A stretch of 64,000 bases of DNA from NCBI GenBank assembly GCA_043800705.1, contig JAZDMS010000035.1:2579-66578 (forward strand), given 5' to 3'. A model generated the notes under the pieces. That model made no database searches. It saw only the letters and a list, made by a program, of their open reading frames with translations, and had not been told where the DNA came from. Made by a program: the position numbers and the translations under genes. Each line of letters opens with the position of its first letter. Position 1 is the stretch's first letter. Below are positions 26,698 to 35,792 of the stretch, piece by piece. Source of the stretch: Candidatus Altiarchaeota archaeon (GTDB lineage: Archaea; Altiarchaeota; Altiarchaeia; IMC4; SCGC-AAA252-I15).

Positions 26698-27849
26698 TCA
26701 CCTCTTGAGCGGGCTTATGCGCCTGAGCCCCTCTACTTCCTGCTTGAGGACTTCGACCGCATAGTCGATGTCTTCTTCCTTCGTCTCGTGCCCTACGGTC
26801 ATCCTAAGGCTGCCATGCGATTCCTCTGCCGGAAGCCCGATTGCCGTGATTACGTGGCTCGGCTCCAGGCTCTGCGAAGAGCATGCCGAACCGGTTGAAC
26901 AATATATGCCCTTCGCGTCGAGGCGCAGGAGCAGCGACTCCCCTTCGATCGCCTTGAACGTGAAATTCGCGTTGTTTGCAAGCCTGCGCGTCGGGTGGCC
27001 GTTGAGCCTGACGGATCCGATGCCGCCGATCACGCCGCTGATGAGCCTGTCCCGGAGCACTCTCATCCGCTGCACATCCTGCGGGGTCGCAATATCCGCA
27101 GCCTTTGCGAAACCAACGATTCCTGCTACGTTCTCGGTGCCCCCCCGCATCTTTGACTCCTGCTGCCCCCCATGCTGTGTTGGGGTCAGCCTAATGCCTC
27201 GCTTCACTATAAGGGCGCCGACACCTTTGGGGCCGTTTATCTTGTGGGCGTTTATGCTCACCATGTCCAGGTCCATCTTCTTCAGGTCTATTTCCTCCTT
27301 CGTGAACGACTGGCAGGCGTCGGTGTGGAATGGGACGTTTTTTTCCTTTGCGGCCTTTGCGATCCCCGCTATGTCCTGCACCGTCCCGATCTCGTTGTTT
27401 GCGTGGCCGACCGTCACCAGTATCGTGTCCTTCCGTATCGCCTGCCGCACCTGCTCTGGGCTCACGGCCCCGTATTCGTCGACTGGGAGGTATGTGACCT
27501 CGAATCCCTGGATCTCAAGCCATTTGAGGGGATTGATGACGGAGCTGTGCTCTATGCGGGTCGTTATTATATGGGTCCCCATCTTCCTGTTCAGAAGCGC
27601 GATGCCCTTCAGCGCCAGGTTGTTGGATTCGGTCCCTCCCGAGGTGAACACGACCTCGCTGGGGTTTGCACCCACCAGACAGGCCAGCCTTGCCCTGCTT
27701 TCCTCGATCGCCTCGTATGCCTGCCTCCCAAGGGCATGCAGCGAGTTCGGGTTGCCATATCTTTCCCGAAAGTACGGCAGCATGGCTTCCAGCACCTCCT
27801 TGCGCAATGGCGTCGTAGCCGCGTTGTCCAGGTATATTTGCCTCATCAT
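26698..27849 (-). CDS. iscS: cysteine desulfurase NifS/IscS
   Basis: IYLDNAATTP, SINAHKINGPKG (PLP Lys), GSACSS (active-site Cys). The start is placed at ATGATG 27849 rather than the TTG used in the ORF track. Confidence 0.92.
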   Translation of the reverse strand: MMRQIYLDNAATTPLRKEVLEAMLPYFRERYGNPNSLHALGRQAYEAIEESRARLACLVGANPSEVVFTSGGTESNNLALKGIALLNRKMGTHIITTRIEHSSVINPLKWLEIQGFEVTYLPVDEYGAVSPEQVRQAIRKDTILVTVGHANNEIGTVQDIAGIAKAAKEKNVPFHTDACQSFTKEEIDLKKMDLDMVSINAHKINGPKGVGALIVKRGIRLTPTQHGGQQESKMRGGTENVAGIVGFAKAADIATPQDVQRMRVLRDRLISGVIGGIGSVRLNGHPTRRLANNANFTFKAIEGESLLLRLDAKGIYCSTGSACSSQSLEPSHVITAIGLPAEESHGSLRMTVGHETKEEDIDYAVEVLKQEVEGLRRISPLKR

Positions 27850-27860
27850 AACACCGTTAA

Positions 27861-27874
27861 TTAACAATTGTTAA
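27861..27874. promoter_or_regulatory. candidate operator TTAACAATTGTTAA (perfect palindrome) 11 nt upstream of the nifS ATG
   Basis: Seen directly. It overlaps a second palindrome, GTTAATTAAC. Related boxes lie at 32634, 41364 and 41437. Confidence 0.5.
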
Positions 27875-27931
27875 TATACTCACATATGTGGGAAAAGACA
27901 TTTAAGTACCCCCTAGTATCCTTTAGGTCAC

Positions 27932-28408
27932 CTAATTTAAAACGATGATGTTTGTGAGGCCCCTCCTTCTGCGCTCCAAGAGGCGCCTTGACTCGAGTGA
28001 GTCGAGCGTCCTCGTCACCCTGACCTTCGACCAGCCCAGCTTGTCCACTATGTCGCGCTGGAACATCGTGCCCGACGATTCGATTATGAGCCGGTAGACC
28101 TCCCGTTCCTCTGGGTCTAGCTTGCCTAGGTTCTTGTCCCAAGACGCTCTGCCATCGGCGGGTATGATGTCTTTCCCCTTCAAGGCGAGGACTGCGCCGA
28201 AGATGAAGAGGAGGGCGACTATCCCCGCACCGAAGTAAAAATAGTCCGGAATTGAGAACCGCCTCATCGTGCACGTATCCCCGCAGGTGCAGGAATCGTT
28301 CGCCGAGCCGGCCAGCCCGTCGAGAAAAAGGAAAAGCACAACAGACATGGACAGCGCCAAAATGACGATTACAAGGCCCAATTCGCGCACACCGAAACTT
28401 AATTTCAT
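27932..28408 (-). CDS. membrane-tethered winged-helix (MarR-like) regulator with a CxCxxxC motif
   Basis: Two TM segments flank SANDSCTCGDTCTMRRF. C-terminal HTH: EREVYRLIIESSGTMFQRDIVDKLGWSKVRVTRTLDSLESRRLLERRRRG. Confidence 0.6.
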   Translation of the reverse strand: MKLSFGVRELGLVIVILALSMSVVLFLFLDGLAGSANDSCTCGDTCTMRRFSIPDYFYFGAGIVALLFIFGAVLALKGKDIIPADGRASWDKNLGKLDPEEREVYRLIIESSGTMFQRDIVDKLGWSKVRVTRTLDSLESRRLLERRRRGLTNIIVLN

Positions 28409-28412
28409 AACA

Positions 28413-29291
28413 TCATGCCTCGCATTTCACCGCTTTCGACCCGGATAGCATCTTCACCAGCGCGCAGCTCCTGCAGACCTCGTTCGACGAGGGTTCTCCA
28501 CAAAGCCTGCAAGAGCGGACATTCGCTCCGCTGAAACCCCCCCTCAGGCTCGGCAGAGCCTCGACAAGGCCCCGCACCATAGACTCCTTGGTCCCGGGCA
28601 TCTTGGCCTCGAAGCCGTTCAGGTAGCCTTTGACCTCGGTCCTGTACGAGTCCAACGAGCAGGGGCATGGCTCGTATTGGACAGGGAACCCGCGTATCTG
28701 GGAGTATCTCTTGACTTCCTCTTCGAGGCAGAAGTAGAGGGGCTTGATCCTGGGAACGAACCGCTCGTCCGGGGCTATCCCGGACTTCGGCCCGCTCCGA
28801 GCCATTGCAGCTATGTCTCCCCGGACGTAGTTCATCAGAAGGGTCTGGGCCTCGTCGTCCATGTTGTGGCCTGTCGCGATCGACGTCGCCTTAAGCCGCT
28901 TAGCCTCCCTGTTGAGGATGTTGCGCCTGATGACCCCGCAGATGGTGCATGAGTTCATGTGTATCCCCTTCCCGTCGAGGACGGACTTCATGTAGCATAC
29001 GGAGCATCCGTAGAGGTCGCGCATGTGCACTACGTGCAGGACGATCCCGTTTTCTCTGCAGAACGCCTGGATGTTCCCGAGGTTCCGCCTGGAATGCTCG
29101 CCGAGAAGCTGGTCGATCGTGAGCCCTTCGACGACGTAGCCGAGCTTCTTTAGGAGATAGAGGGCGGTAGTGGAGTCCTTCCCGCCGGATACTGCGACAA
29201 GGACCTTCTCGCGAGGCTTCAGGAGACGATGATTCAGGATAGTCGAGCGGACCTTCGTTTCGAACCGGGAAATGAACTTTTTGTCGTCCAC
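28413..29291 (-). CDS. PP-loop ATPase, TtcA/TtuA/NcsA-family tRNA thiolase
   Basis: VLVAVSGGKDSTT (SGGxDS PP-loop) plus Cys pairs CSVC, CTIC and CRLCG...CRSC. Confidence 0.8.
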   Translation of the reverse strand: MDDKKFISRFETKVRSTILNHRLLKPREKVLVAVSGGKDSTTALYLLKKLGYVVEGLTIDQLLGEHSRRNLGNIQAFCRENGIVLHVVHMRDLYGCSVCYMKSVLDGKGIHMNSCTICGVIRRNILNREAKRLKATSIATGHNMDDEAQTLLMNYVRGDIAAMARSGPKSGIAPDERFVPRIKPLYFCLEEEVKRYSQIRGFPVQYEPCPCSLDSYRTEVKGYLNGFEAKMPGTKESMVRGLVEALPSLRGGFSGANVRSCRLCGEPSSNEVCRSCALVKMLSGSKAVKCEA

Positions 29292-29292
29292 G

Positions 29293-30684
29293 TCAAACCC
29301 TCTCGACGGTCGACGATCCGTCCTTCTGGTCCTTGATCTTCAAACCCCGTTTAAGGAGTTCGTCCCTCAACCGGTCGGATTCTACCCAGTTCTTCGCAGC
29401 CCTCTGGAGGTCCCTCTCTTTTATGAGACCTTTATCATCGTCTGTCAAGTCGATGCCCGAGCCAAGGCGTAGGCCCATTACCCCGAAGAGGTCGTCGAAT
29501 ACGGCCTCAGCAGCCGTCAGGGATTCCGGAGAGTCTCCGCCTGCGTCCAAGACCGCGTTTACATGCCGCACGGAGTCGAATAACGCCCCGACAGCCTGGG
29601 GCGTGTTGAAGTCATCGTCCATATGGGCATCGAACACCCCCCTGAGCCTCTGCACATCATCTTTCGCAGCCGACCCAGATCCCTTCGCTGACCGGATTGC
29701 AAAGGAGATCCTCGTTTTGAAATCCGCAAGCCGCTGCGCGGCCTTTTTCGCGTTTTCCACGTTCTGCGTGGAGTAGTCCACCGGACTTCGATAGTGTGTC
29801 TGCAATATGAAAAGCCGGAACGCGTCGGCGCTGTACGTCTTCAGGAACTCCCGGACTGCCAGGATGTTTCCGAGGCTCTTGCTCATCTTCTCCCCCGACG
29901 AATTGAGGAATCCGGTATGCATCCAGTACCTGACGAACGGCCTCTTCCCGGTCAACGCTTCGCTCTGTGCGATTTCGTTCTCGTGGTGGGGGAATATCAG
30001 GTCGAGGGCGCCGCCGTGGATGTCTATCTGGTCGCCGAGGTGCCTCTGGCTCATGACCGTGCATTCGATGTGCCATCCCGGGCGGCCTACCCCCCAGGGG
30101 CTCTCGAATCCGAGCTCGCCCTCCCCGGTCCTCTTCCAAAGCGAGAAATCCAGAGGCGTCCGCTTGTCTGGATCGGGCTCGACACGGTGCTGGCCAAGCT
30201 GCTTGGTATCCTGGTTGGATAGGAGGCCGTAGCCTTCTGCCTTGGAGACGTCGAAGTAGACGCCCTTTTCAGTCACGTAGGCTATGCCCTTGCGTATGAG
30301 CGCTTCTGTTGCGGCTATTATTCCGCCGATGTTCTCCGTGACCTTCGGATATGCGTCGGCTTCGAGGAGGCCGAGGCTTCTCTGGTCTTCGTATGCCCGC
30401 CTCGCATATTCCTTCGAAAGTTCGAGCGGCCTGGTATTCCGTTCCTTGGCCCGCTTGATGATCTTGTCGTCGACGTCGGTGACGTTCTGTATGTACCGGA
30501 CCCTGTAGCCGCGGTACCGCAGGTACCGGAGGATCGAATCGAACGCCACATAGGTCCTTGCATGGCCTATGTGCATGTCGTCGTAGACAGTGAGGCCGCA
30601 GATGTAGACCCGGACTTCCCCGTCTGTGAGCGGCTTGAAGTCTTCAGTCTTCCTCGTCAATGTGTTGTATACCCTGAGTGCCAT
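29293..30684 (-). CDS. cysS: cysteine--tRNA ligase
   Basis: HIGHARTYV (HIGH) and KMSKSLGN (KMSKS) motifs. 463 aa. Confidence 0.95.
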   Translation of the reverse strand: MALRVYNTLTRKTEDFKPLTDGEVRVYICGLTVYDDMHIGHARTYVAFDSILRYLRYRGYRVRYIQNVTDVDDKIIKRAKERNTRPLELSKEYARRAYEDQRSLGLLEADAYPKVTENIGGIIAATEALIRKGIAYVTEKGVYFDVSKAEGYGLLSNQDTKQLGQHRVEPDPDKRTPLDFSLWKRTGEGELGFESPWGVGRPGWHIECTVMSQRHLGDQIDIHGGALDLIFPHHENEIAQSEALTGKRPFVRYWMHTGFLNSSGEKMSKSLGNILAVREFLKTYSADAFRLFILQTHYRSPVDYSTQNVENAKKAAQRLADFKTRISFAIRSAKGSGSAAKDDVQRLRGVFDAHMDDDFNTPQAVGALFDSVRHVNAVLDAGGDSPESLTAAEAVFDDLFGVMGLRLGSGIDLTDDDKGLIKERDLQRAAKNWVESDRLRDELLKRGLKIKDQKDGSSTVERV

Positions 30685-30695
30685 TTAAAAAAATT

Positions 30696-30790
30696 AGCGA
30701 GGGAAGGGATTCGCACCCTTGGTGGTACGGTTTGCCGTGGCGTTTTTGGCCTTTGCAGACCGTTCTGTTGGGCTACTCCAGCACCCTCGC
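30696..30790 (-). tRNA. tRNA-Cys(GCA)-like gene with an insertion of about 20 nt 3' of the anticodon and a non-canonical T-loop
   Basis: Minus strand: GCGAGGG-TG-CTGG..CAG-A-ACGGT-CTGCAA-[AGGCCAAAAACGCCACGGCA]-A-ACCGT-..-AAGGG-TGCGAAT-CCCTT-CCCTCGC-T. The acceptor (7 bp), anticodon (5 bp) and T (5 bp) stems are perfect. The T-loop has G where U55 is expected, and the D-loop lacks GG. Folded by hand, not verified by software. Confidence 0.5.
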
Positions 30791-30877
30791 ATATGTATCA
30801 AATAACGTGTTGTGTTTTAAATGCCGGAGGTAAAAATCACGAAGCGATTTTATTGGACTCCAGCACCCTCGCATGCA

Positions 30878-30968
30878 GTTTTCTGTTTTCGGTTTTCCGT
30901 TTTCCGATGTCTTTATTAGACATTCATTATTTTTTAATGCCCGAAACCGGAGACTGGAAACTGAAAAC
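30878..30968. repeat. inverted arrays of four GTTTTCN heptamers flanking a small palindrome
   Basis: GTTTTCT GTTTTCG GTTTTCC GTTTTCC, then GATGTCTTTATTAGACATTC, then ...CCGAAAC CGGAGAC TGGAAAC TGAAAAC. The right arm ends 1 nt before the cysE stop codon. Confidence 0.6.
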
Positions 30969-30969
30969 A

Positions 30970-31572
30970 TCATATGTTCCACTCCGGCGGTTTTTCCCCG
31001 GCCTCTTTGGGGTCTTTGTATCTTACGTAGGCCCCTTCGACGATGCGCAGCTGTCCTTTTGAGGTGACTACTGTGGAGTCTTCGGGGATGTCGTCGATTA
31101 TGACCGTGTGCGCCCCGATTCTGCTGTTTTTCTTCACTATTACGGGGCCGAGTATGGCTGCTCCTACGCCGATGGTGACGTTGTCTTCGATGGTGGGGTG
31201 TCTTTTGTTGCCTTTTTTGTCCCTCCACCAGCCGTGTCCTCCCAGTGTGACGCCGTGGTAGAGCATGACGTTGTCTCCTATCTCCGTCGTTTCCCCGATG
31301 ACTACCCCGGTGGCGTGGTCGATGAAGAACCGTTTCCCTATCTTCGCTGCGGGGTGGATCTCCGCGCCCGTGAGGAAGCGGCCGAGGTAGGATATCGCCC
31401 TTGGTATGAACGGGAGGCCTATGCTGTGCAGGGCGTGTGATATCCGGTAGAGGATTATGGCCTGTACGCCGGGGTACAATACCACTTCCAGGAAGTTTAT
31501 CCCCTTCTTGAGCGCAGGGTCCTTTTCGTATGCCACCTGGAAGACGTCGAACATCCTATTTCCTCTCCTCAT
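30970..31572 (-). CDS. cysE: serine O-acetyltransferase
   Basis: Hexapeptide-repeat core [43 protein letters not shown]. Confidence 0.9.
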   Translation of the reverse strand: MRRGNRMFDVFQVAYEKDPALKKGINFLEVVLYPGVQAIILYRISHALHSIGLPFIPRAISYLGRFLTGAEIHPAAKIGKRFFIDHATGVVIGETTEIGDNVMLYHGVTLGGHGWWRDKKGNKRHPTIEDNVTIGVGAAILGPVIVKKNSRIGAHTVIIDDIPEDSTVVTSKGQLRIVEGAYVRYKDPKEAGEKPPEWNI

Positions 31573-32488
31573 ACAGCGGTGTCGAAAGGTATCTTTCGCC
31601 GGTGTCGGGGACGATGACCAATACGCGTTTTCCTTTTCCGAGCCGTTTAGCGACCGCCAGTGCCGCCCATACGTTCGCTCCGGAGGATATGCCTGCGAGG
31701 ATTCCCTCCTCCTTCGCCAGCCGCTCCGATGTCTTGTACGCGTCCTCGTTCTTCACCTGTATCACTTCGTCGACCAGCTCCTTCCGGTATATGTCCGGGA
31801 CGAATCCGGCCCCAATGCCCTGTATCTTGTGGGGGCCTGGTTGTCCTCCCGAGAGGACGGGGGAGTCTGCGGGCTCGACTGCGATGAATCTTGCGTTGAT
31901 GAATTTCTTCTTGAAGAAGGTCGCTATTCCGGTTATCGTCCCTCCTGTTCCGACTCCGGCGACGAATGCGTCGAATGAGCCGACTTCCGCCATTATCTCC
32001 TGCGCCGTTGTCTCGATGTGGGCTTTGATGTTGGCCTTGTTCTTGAACTGCTGGGGGATGAAGATGTGCGGCCCTTCCTTGGCGATCTCCTCGGCCTTGG
32101 CTATCGCGCCTTTCATCCCCTTTGCACCCTCAGTCAGGATGAGCTCGGCTCCGAATGCCTTCAGTATCTTCCGTCTCTCCAAGCTCATCGTCTCCGGCAT
32201 CGTCAGCTTAAGCCGGTATCCTTTGACTGCCGCGACCATGGCAAGCCCTATTCCCGTGTTGCCAGAGGTGGGCTCGACTATGATGCTTTCCTTCTTCAGG
32301 ACGCCCGCCTTCTCGGCTTCCTCGATCATGTACAATGCTATCCGGTCCTTCACCGAGGAGCCGGGGTTGAAGTATTCCAGCTTGGCTACCACTTCCGCGT
32401 CGTTTGGGCCGGGCAGCCTGTTGAGTCTCACGTGGGGTGTTCCGCCTATCGTCTCCAGTATGTTGTTTTTGATCGTCATTTGATTCAC
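31556..32488 (-). CDS. cysK: cysteine synthase (O-acetylserine sulfhydrylase)
   Basis: NPGSSVKDR (PLP Lys), [22 protein letters not shown]. Confidence 0.93.
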   Translation of the reverse strand: MNQMTIKNNILETIGGTPHVRLNRLPGPNDAEVVAKLEYFNPGSSVKDRIALYMIEEAEKAGVLKKESIIVEPTSGNTGIGLAMVAAVKGYRLKLTMPETMSLERRKILKAFGAELILTEGAKGMKGAIAKAEEIAKEGPHIFIPQQFKNKANIKAHIETTAQEIMAEVGSFDAFVAGVGTGGTITGIATFFKKKFINARFIAVEPADSPVLSGGQPGPHKIQGIGAGFVPDIYRKELVDEVIQVKNEDAYKTSERLAKEEGILAGISSGANVWAALAVAKRLGKGKRVLVIVPDTGERYLSTPLYEERK

Positions 32489-32633
32489 CTCTTTGTTATG
32501 CGTGTGGATATAAAAATCAAAGTTCGTATTGTGTCCGGGTTTTTGTTTTGTGTCAGGCGTTTATAGCCTACACTGGCAGAAACAACAGCCGCATGAGCGG
32601 GCCGTGAATGCAGTTATTCCCAGATCCATTTTG

Positions 32634-32647
32634 TTAACGATTGTTAA
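32634..32647. promoter_or_regulatory. candidate operator TTAACGATTGTTAA in the cysK/thiI divergent region, 4 nt before the thiI ATG
   Basis: Seen directly. It also reads as the direct repeat TTGTTAA-CGA-TTGTTAA. Confidence 0.45.
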
Positions 32648-32651
32648 TATT

Positions 32652-33833
32652 ATGGTGGTCCCATATAAATACTCACCCAGAGTTAATCTTAAAGTGGACT
32701 TCGACTGCATCCTCATTAGATACGGGGAAATAGGCCTGAAAGGCGGGAATCGGGGATTTTTCGAAAGGAAGCTCCAATCCAACATCGTTTGGGCGCTTAA
32801 GCGGGAGGGCGCCGTCTACGAAGTCGTGAAGAGGGTCCAGGGAAGGTTTCTCGTCGTATCAAAGGACGCCAAGGCTCTAGAGGCGGTAAGGAACGTCTTC
32901 GGGATAGTCTCATACAGTCCGGCCAATATGGTAGGATGTGGGGTTGAGGAGTTGTGTGAGGCAGCCGTGAAGATAGTGGTCGCCTCGAAGCCCGATTCGT
33001 TCAGGGTAACGACGCAGAGACTGGACAAGAGGATGGATACGACCTCACAGAAGATCAACGAGGCCGTCGGGGCCGGGATCGTCGCGAGGACCGGTGCCAA
33101 AGTCAGCCTAAAGTGCGCCAAATTGGATATCGGATTGGATGTCACCGGCGACTGCGCATACATCTTCACTGAAACGTTCGCAGGGCTCGGAGGCCTTCCA
33201 GTCGGCGTCTCGGCAAGGGTGCTGTGCCTCCTTTCCGGGGGTATCGACAGCCCGGTCGCCGCATGGCTGATGATGAAGAGGGGGTGCCAGGTTACGCTGG
33301 TCCATTTCATGCACGAGCAGGGGTGCAGGCTGCCTACGAAGATAGAGTGCCTTTATCGGTCCCTTTGCAGGTTTGGCCCCGGCCTCAGGCTGATAGTCGT
33401 CCCTGCCGCGGAGCTTGAGCGGGAGATCATCATGAAGGCGCCTTCGAAGGACAGGATAGTCATACTAAGGAATATGTTCCTCAAGGCTGCGGTGAAGCTA
33501 CTGCGCTCCGAGAGGGCCCACGCCATCGTCACCGGAGACAACGTGGGACAGGTGGCGTCGCAGACGATAGAGAACATGGAGGCTTATCAGGCAGGCATCG
33601 ACGCCCTCGTCCTGAGGCCGCTGGCATGCTATGACAAGCAGGAGATAATTGATCTGGCCAGGAGGGTCGGGACCTTCGAGGAGTCGACGTCCGCTTACGT
33701 CGACTGCTGCAGCTTCCTCGTCCCGAAGCATCCGCAGACGAAGGCCACCGCGGAGGATGTGGATTCGTCGGTCAGGTCCATGGACGAGGGCATATTGGAC
33801 CTGATTCTCTCGAAGATGATTTTCATCGATTAG
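32652..33833 (+). CDS. thiI: tRNA 4-thiouridine synthase ThiI (THUMP + PP-loop)
   Basis: ILIRYGEIGLKGGNRGFFE and LLSGGIDSPVAAW (PP-loop). The start is placed at ATG 32652 (MVVPYKYS). Confidence 0.88.
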   Translation: MVVPYKYSPRVNLKVDFDCILIRYGEIGLKGGNRGFFERKLQSNIVWALKREGAVYEVVKRVQGRFLVVSKDAKALEAVRNVFGIVSYSPANMVGCGVEELCEAAVKIVVASKPDSFRVTTQRLDKRMDTTSQKINEAVGAGIVARTGAKVSLKCAKLDIGLDVTGDCAYIFTETFAGLGGLPVGVSARVLCLLSGGIDSPVAAWLMMKRGCQVTLVHFMHEQGCRLPTKIECLYRSLCRFGPGLRLIVVPAAELEREIIMKAPSKDRIVILRNMFLKAAVKLLRSERAHAIVTGDNVGQVASQTIENMEAYQAGIDALVLRPLACYDKQEIIDLARRVGTFEESTSAYVDCCSFLVPKHPQTKATAEDVDSSVRSMDEGILDLILSKMIFID

Positions 33834-35077
33834 TCCGTGAGCCTTTTTTCGCCTTCCAGGAGCCTGATGCCGGTGGCGTCCTGGGCGACTTCGAGCATTC
33901 CACGGTATCTTCCGTCACTGCCCCGTAATGCGAAGAAGCGGAGGCATACGAATTTCCCCCGAAGCTGGAGCCAGTACTCGTCCGCGTCTTTCTGCCCGGA
34001 CTTGAACTCCTCAATGAGCCTGTTGAGCGCCTTGCCGGCCTTGGCCGGATACATGCTCTGGATCCTTGAGCCGATAGAGTCAGGGTTCCTTGCCGTGATC
34101 CTTTGTCTGGTCCCCTGGTTGTAGTAGACCACTATGTCGTTCTCGTCGACGAATGTCACGTCCAAGGGGAGGCTCTTGAGCAGGAGATTGACCTGTTCGT
34201 GCGTCAGGTTGCCGACATCCATATCGAGGCCTCCTGTGACTTGGACCCTGTCCGATGGCTTCGGCATGAATCCGTCCAGGGGGGACCCGTCTGATTGGGA
34301 CACATCTGCGGGGCGGATGCTGTCCCATTCATCAGCTGACATCAGGCTCAAAGCGCCGGGCAATAGGCTGTATTCCTCCTTCTTGATCTGGTCGCGCATT
34401 GTATGCATGAGGCGCCTAAGGGTCGTGATCGATGCGGGAGCAGACTCGTTCACCTGCTTCTTGGCGAGCCGCAGAAGGGTTCTTGCGTCCTCCTCCCGGG
34501 CCCTCAGGCCTTTCATAGGCTCGACGTAGCCCTTCGATTCCAGGATCGGGAAAAGCCGGGCTTCCAGGTTGGCATAATGCTCGACGTTTTCGGATAGCCG
34601 CTCGATATGCTTTGCAAGGACGTGCTTGACCGCGGAGAACGTCTTATTGTCCCATGTCCCGACAGCTCCGACGAGGCCGTCTATTTCCGACATGACCTTC
34701 TGCGCCTGTGCGTTCTCCGAAAGGTATGTGTCGATTAGGTGGCCTTGCGGGGCTTGAACTTTGACGCCCGCCTTCTCAGCGGCCTGGAAGACGTCCAGCG
34801 GCTTTGGGCCCTCTGCATGGGGGGCAATATTCCCAGCGCCTTTGCCCCCTTCGTTCCTTTGTATCTCGCCATTAAGTGCCCGGATGAGGTTTGCGACGTC
34901 GACGCCGCCCATACCCGCAAGCTCCTGGAGGGTGGCGATGTTCCCCATGGTCTTCCTCACGAGAGGATTGCGCAGACGGTCGTATTTTGGCGAGACGTTC
35001 AGGAGGAAATCAAGGAGGTAGGGATATTTCAGGAACAAGGCCCCCATCTTAGTCTCAGGTGCAAGGTCCACGGACAA
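33830..35077 (-). CDS. DUF1858/hemerythrin-like/DUF438/PAS protein
   Basis: N-terminus LFLKYPYLLDFLLNVSPKYDRLRNPLVRKTMGNIATLQELA (DUF1858-like). C-terminal PAS-like part (VTFVDENDIVVYYNQG...RFFALRGSDGRYRGMLEVAQD). Start uncertain: TTG 35077, GTG 35071 or ATG 35047. Confidence 0.7.
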   Translation of the reverse strand: MSVDLAPETKMGALFLKYPYLLDFLLNVSPKYDRLRNPLVRKTMGNIATLQELAGMGGVDVANLIRALNGEIQRNEGGKGAGNIAPHAEGPKPLDVFQAAEKAGVKVQAPQGHLIDTYLSENAQAQKVMSEIDGLVGAVGTWDNKTFSAVKHVLAKHIERLSENVEHYANLEARLFPILESKGYVEPMKGLRAREEDARTLLRLAKKQVNESAPASITTLRRLMHTMRDQIKKEEYSLLPGALSLMSADEWDSIRPADVSQSDGSPLDGFMPKPSDRVQVTGGLDMDVGNLTHEQVNLLLKSLPLDVTFVDENDIVVYYNQGTRQRITARNPDSIGSRIQSMYPAKAGKALNRLIEEFKSGQKDADEYWLQLRGKFVCLRFFALRGSDGRYRGMLEVAQDATGIRLLEGEKRLTD

Positions 35078-35093
35078 GATTATGAACCGAAGA

Positions 35094-35792
35094 TTATAAG
35101 CCCTCGGCCATGCTGTCAAGGAGCAGGAAAATGAGCCTTTTGGTCTCGCTGGTCCTCCAGGCATTGGTAAGGATCCCGTAAGGAGTACCTACGTATCTTC
35201 CGGGGACCAAGTCATCAGCAGATTCTGTTGCCATGGTCCGGACGTCCTGCATTGAGTATTCCAGGTGAAACTGTAGGCCGACGACTTTCCCGTCCAAGCC
35301 TTCGAATGCCTGGTTTGCGCAGGCCTTGCTCGCCGCGGTCCTCGTGCAGCCTTCAGGTATCGTGAATGTGTCTGCGTGCCAGTGCATAGGCCGGAATTTT
35401 TCCGGAAATCCCGCGAATGCCCGTGAACGGCGTCCTTCATCGGTGATGGATGTCTCATGCCAGCCGATCTCCCGTTCATTATTGCGGGTGACTTTCCCCC
35501 CAAGGATTATTGACAGAAGCTGCGCCCCCAGGCAGACTCCGAGGACGCATTTTTTCGCATCAACGGCCTCCGCCAGGAAAGTCTTCTCTCTGGCAAGCCA
35601 GGCGTGCTTCTCATCTGCGTAGGCGTTCATAGGGCCGCCCAAAACAGCAATCAGGTCGAAATCACCCACCAGGGGCAGTGATTCCCCAAGGTATAGGCGC
35701 GTGCATGCCGTCTTATGTCCCCTCTCCCTTGCCCAGGCGGCGATGTTAGCCGGCCCTTCGTTGGGGACATGCTGCAGGAGATGTACATTCAT
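35094..35792 (-). CDS. class I glutamine amidotransferase-like protein
   Basis: VLGVCLGAQLL nucleophile elbow and HWH...FHLE. GuaA-N-like size. Confidence 0.8.
   Translation of the reverse strand: MNVHLLQHVPNEGPANIAAWARERGHKTACTRLYLGESLPLVGDFDLIAVLGGPMNAYADEKHAWLAREKTFLAEAVDAKKCVLGVCLGAQLLSIILGGKVTRNNEREIGWHETSITDEGRRSRAFAGFPEKFRPMHWHADTFTIPEGCTRTAASKACANQAFEGLDGKVVGLQFHLEYSMQDVRTMATESADDLVPGRYVGTPYGILTNAWRTSETKRLIFLLLDSMAEGL

Noticed and set aside
26768-27874. 368-aa plus-strand ORF opposite nifS, with similar cases at 31530..32483, 49143..50048, 50982..51926 and 17680..18270
   Set aside because: Each overlaps a gene with strong family motifs on the other strand or frame, and none has recognisable motifs of its own.
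30562-31062. 166-aa plus-strand ORF spanning the cysS start, the tRNA-like element and the heptamer repeats
   Set aside because: It runs through structured non-coding elements and the termini of two genes. It has no coding-like composition.
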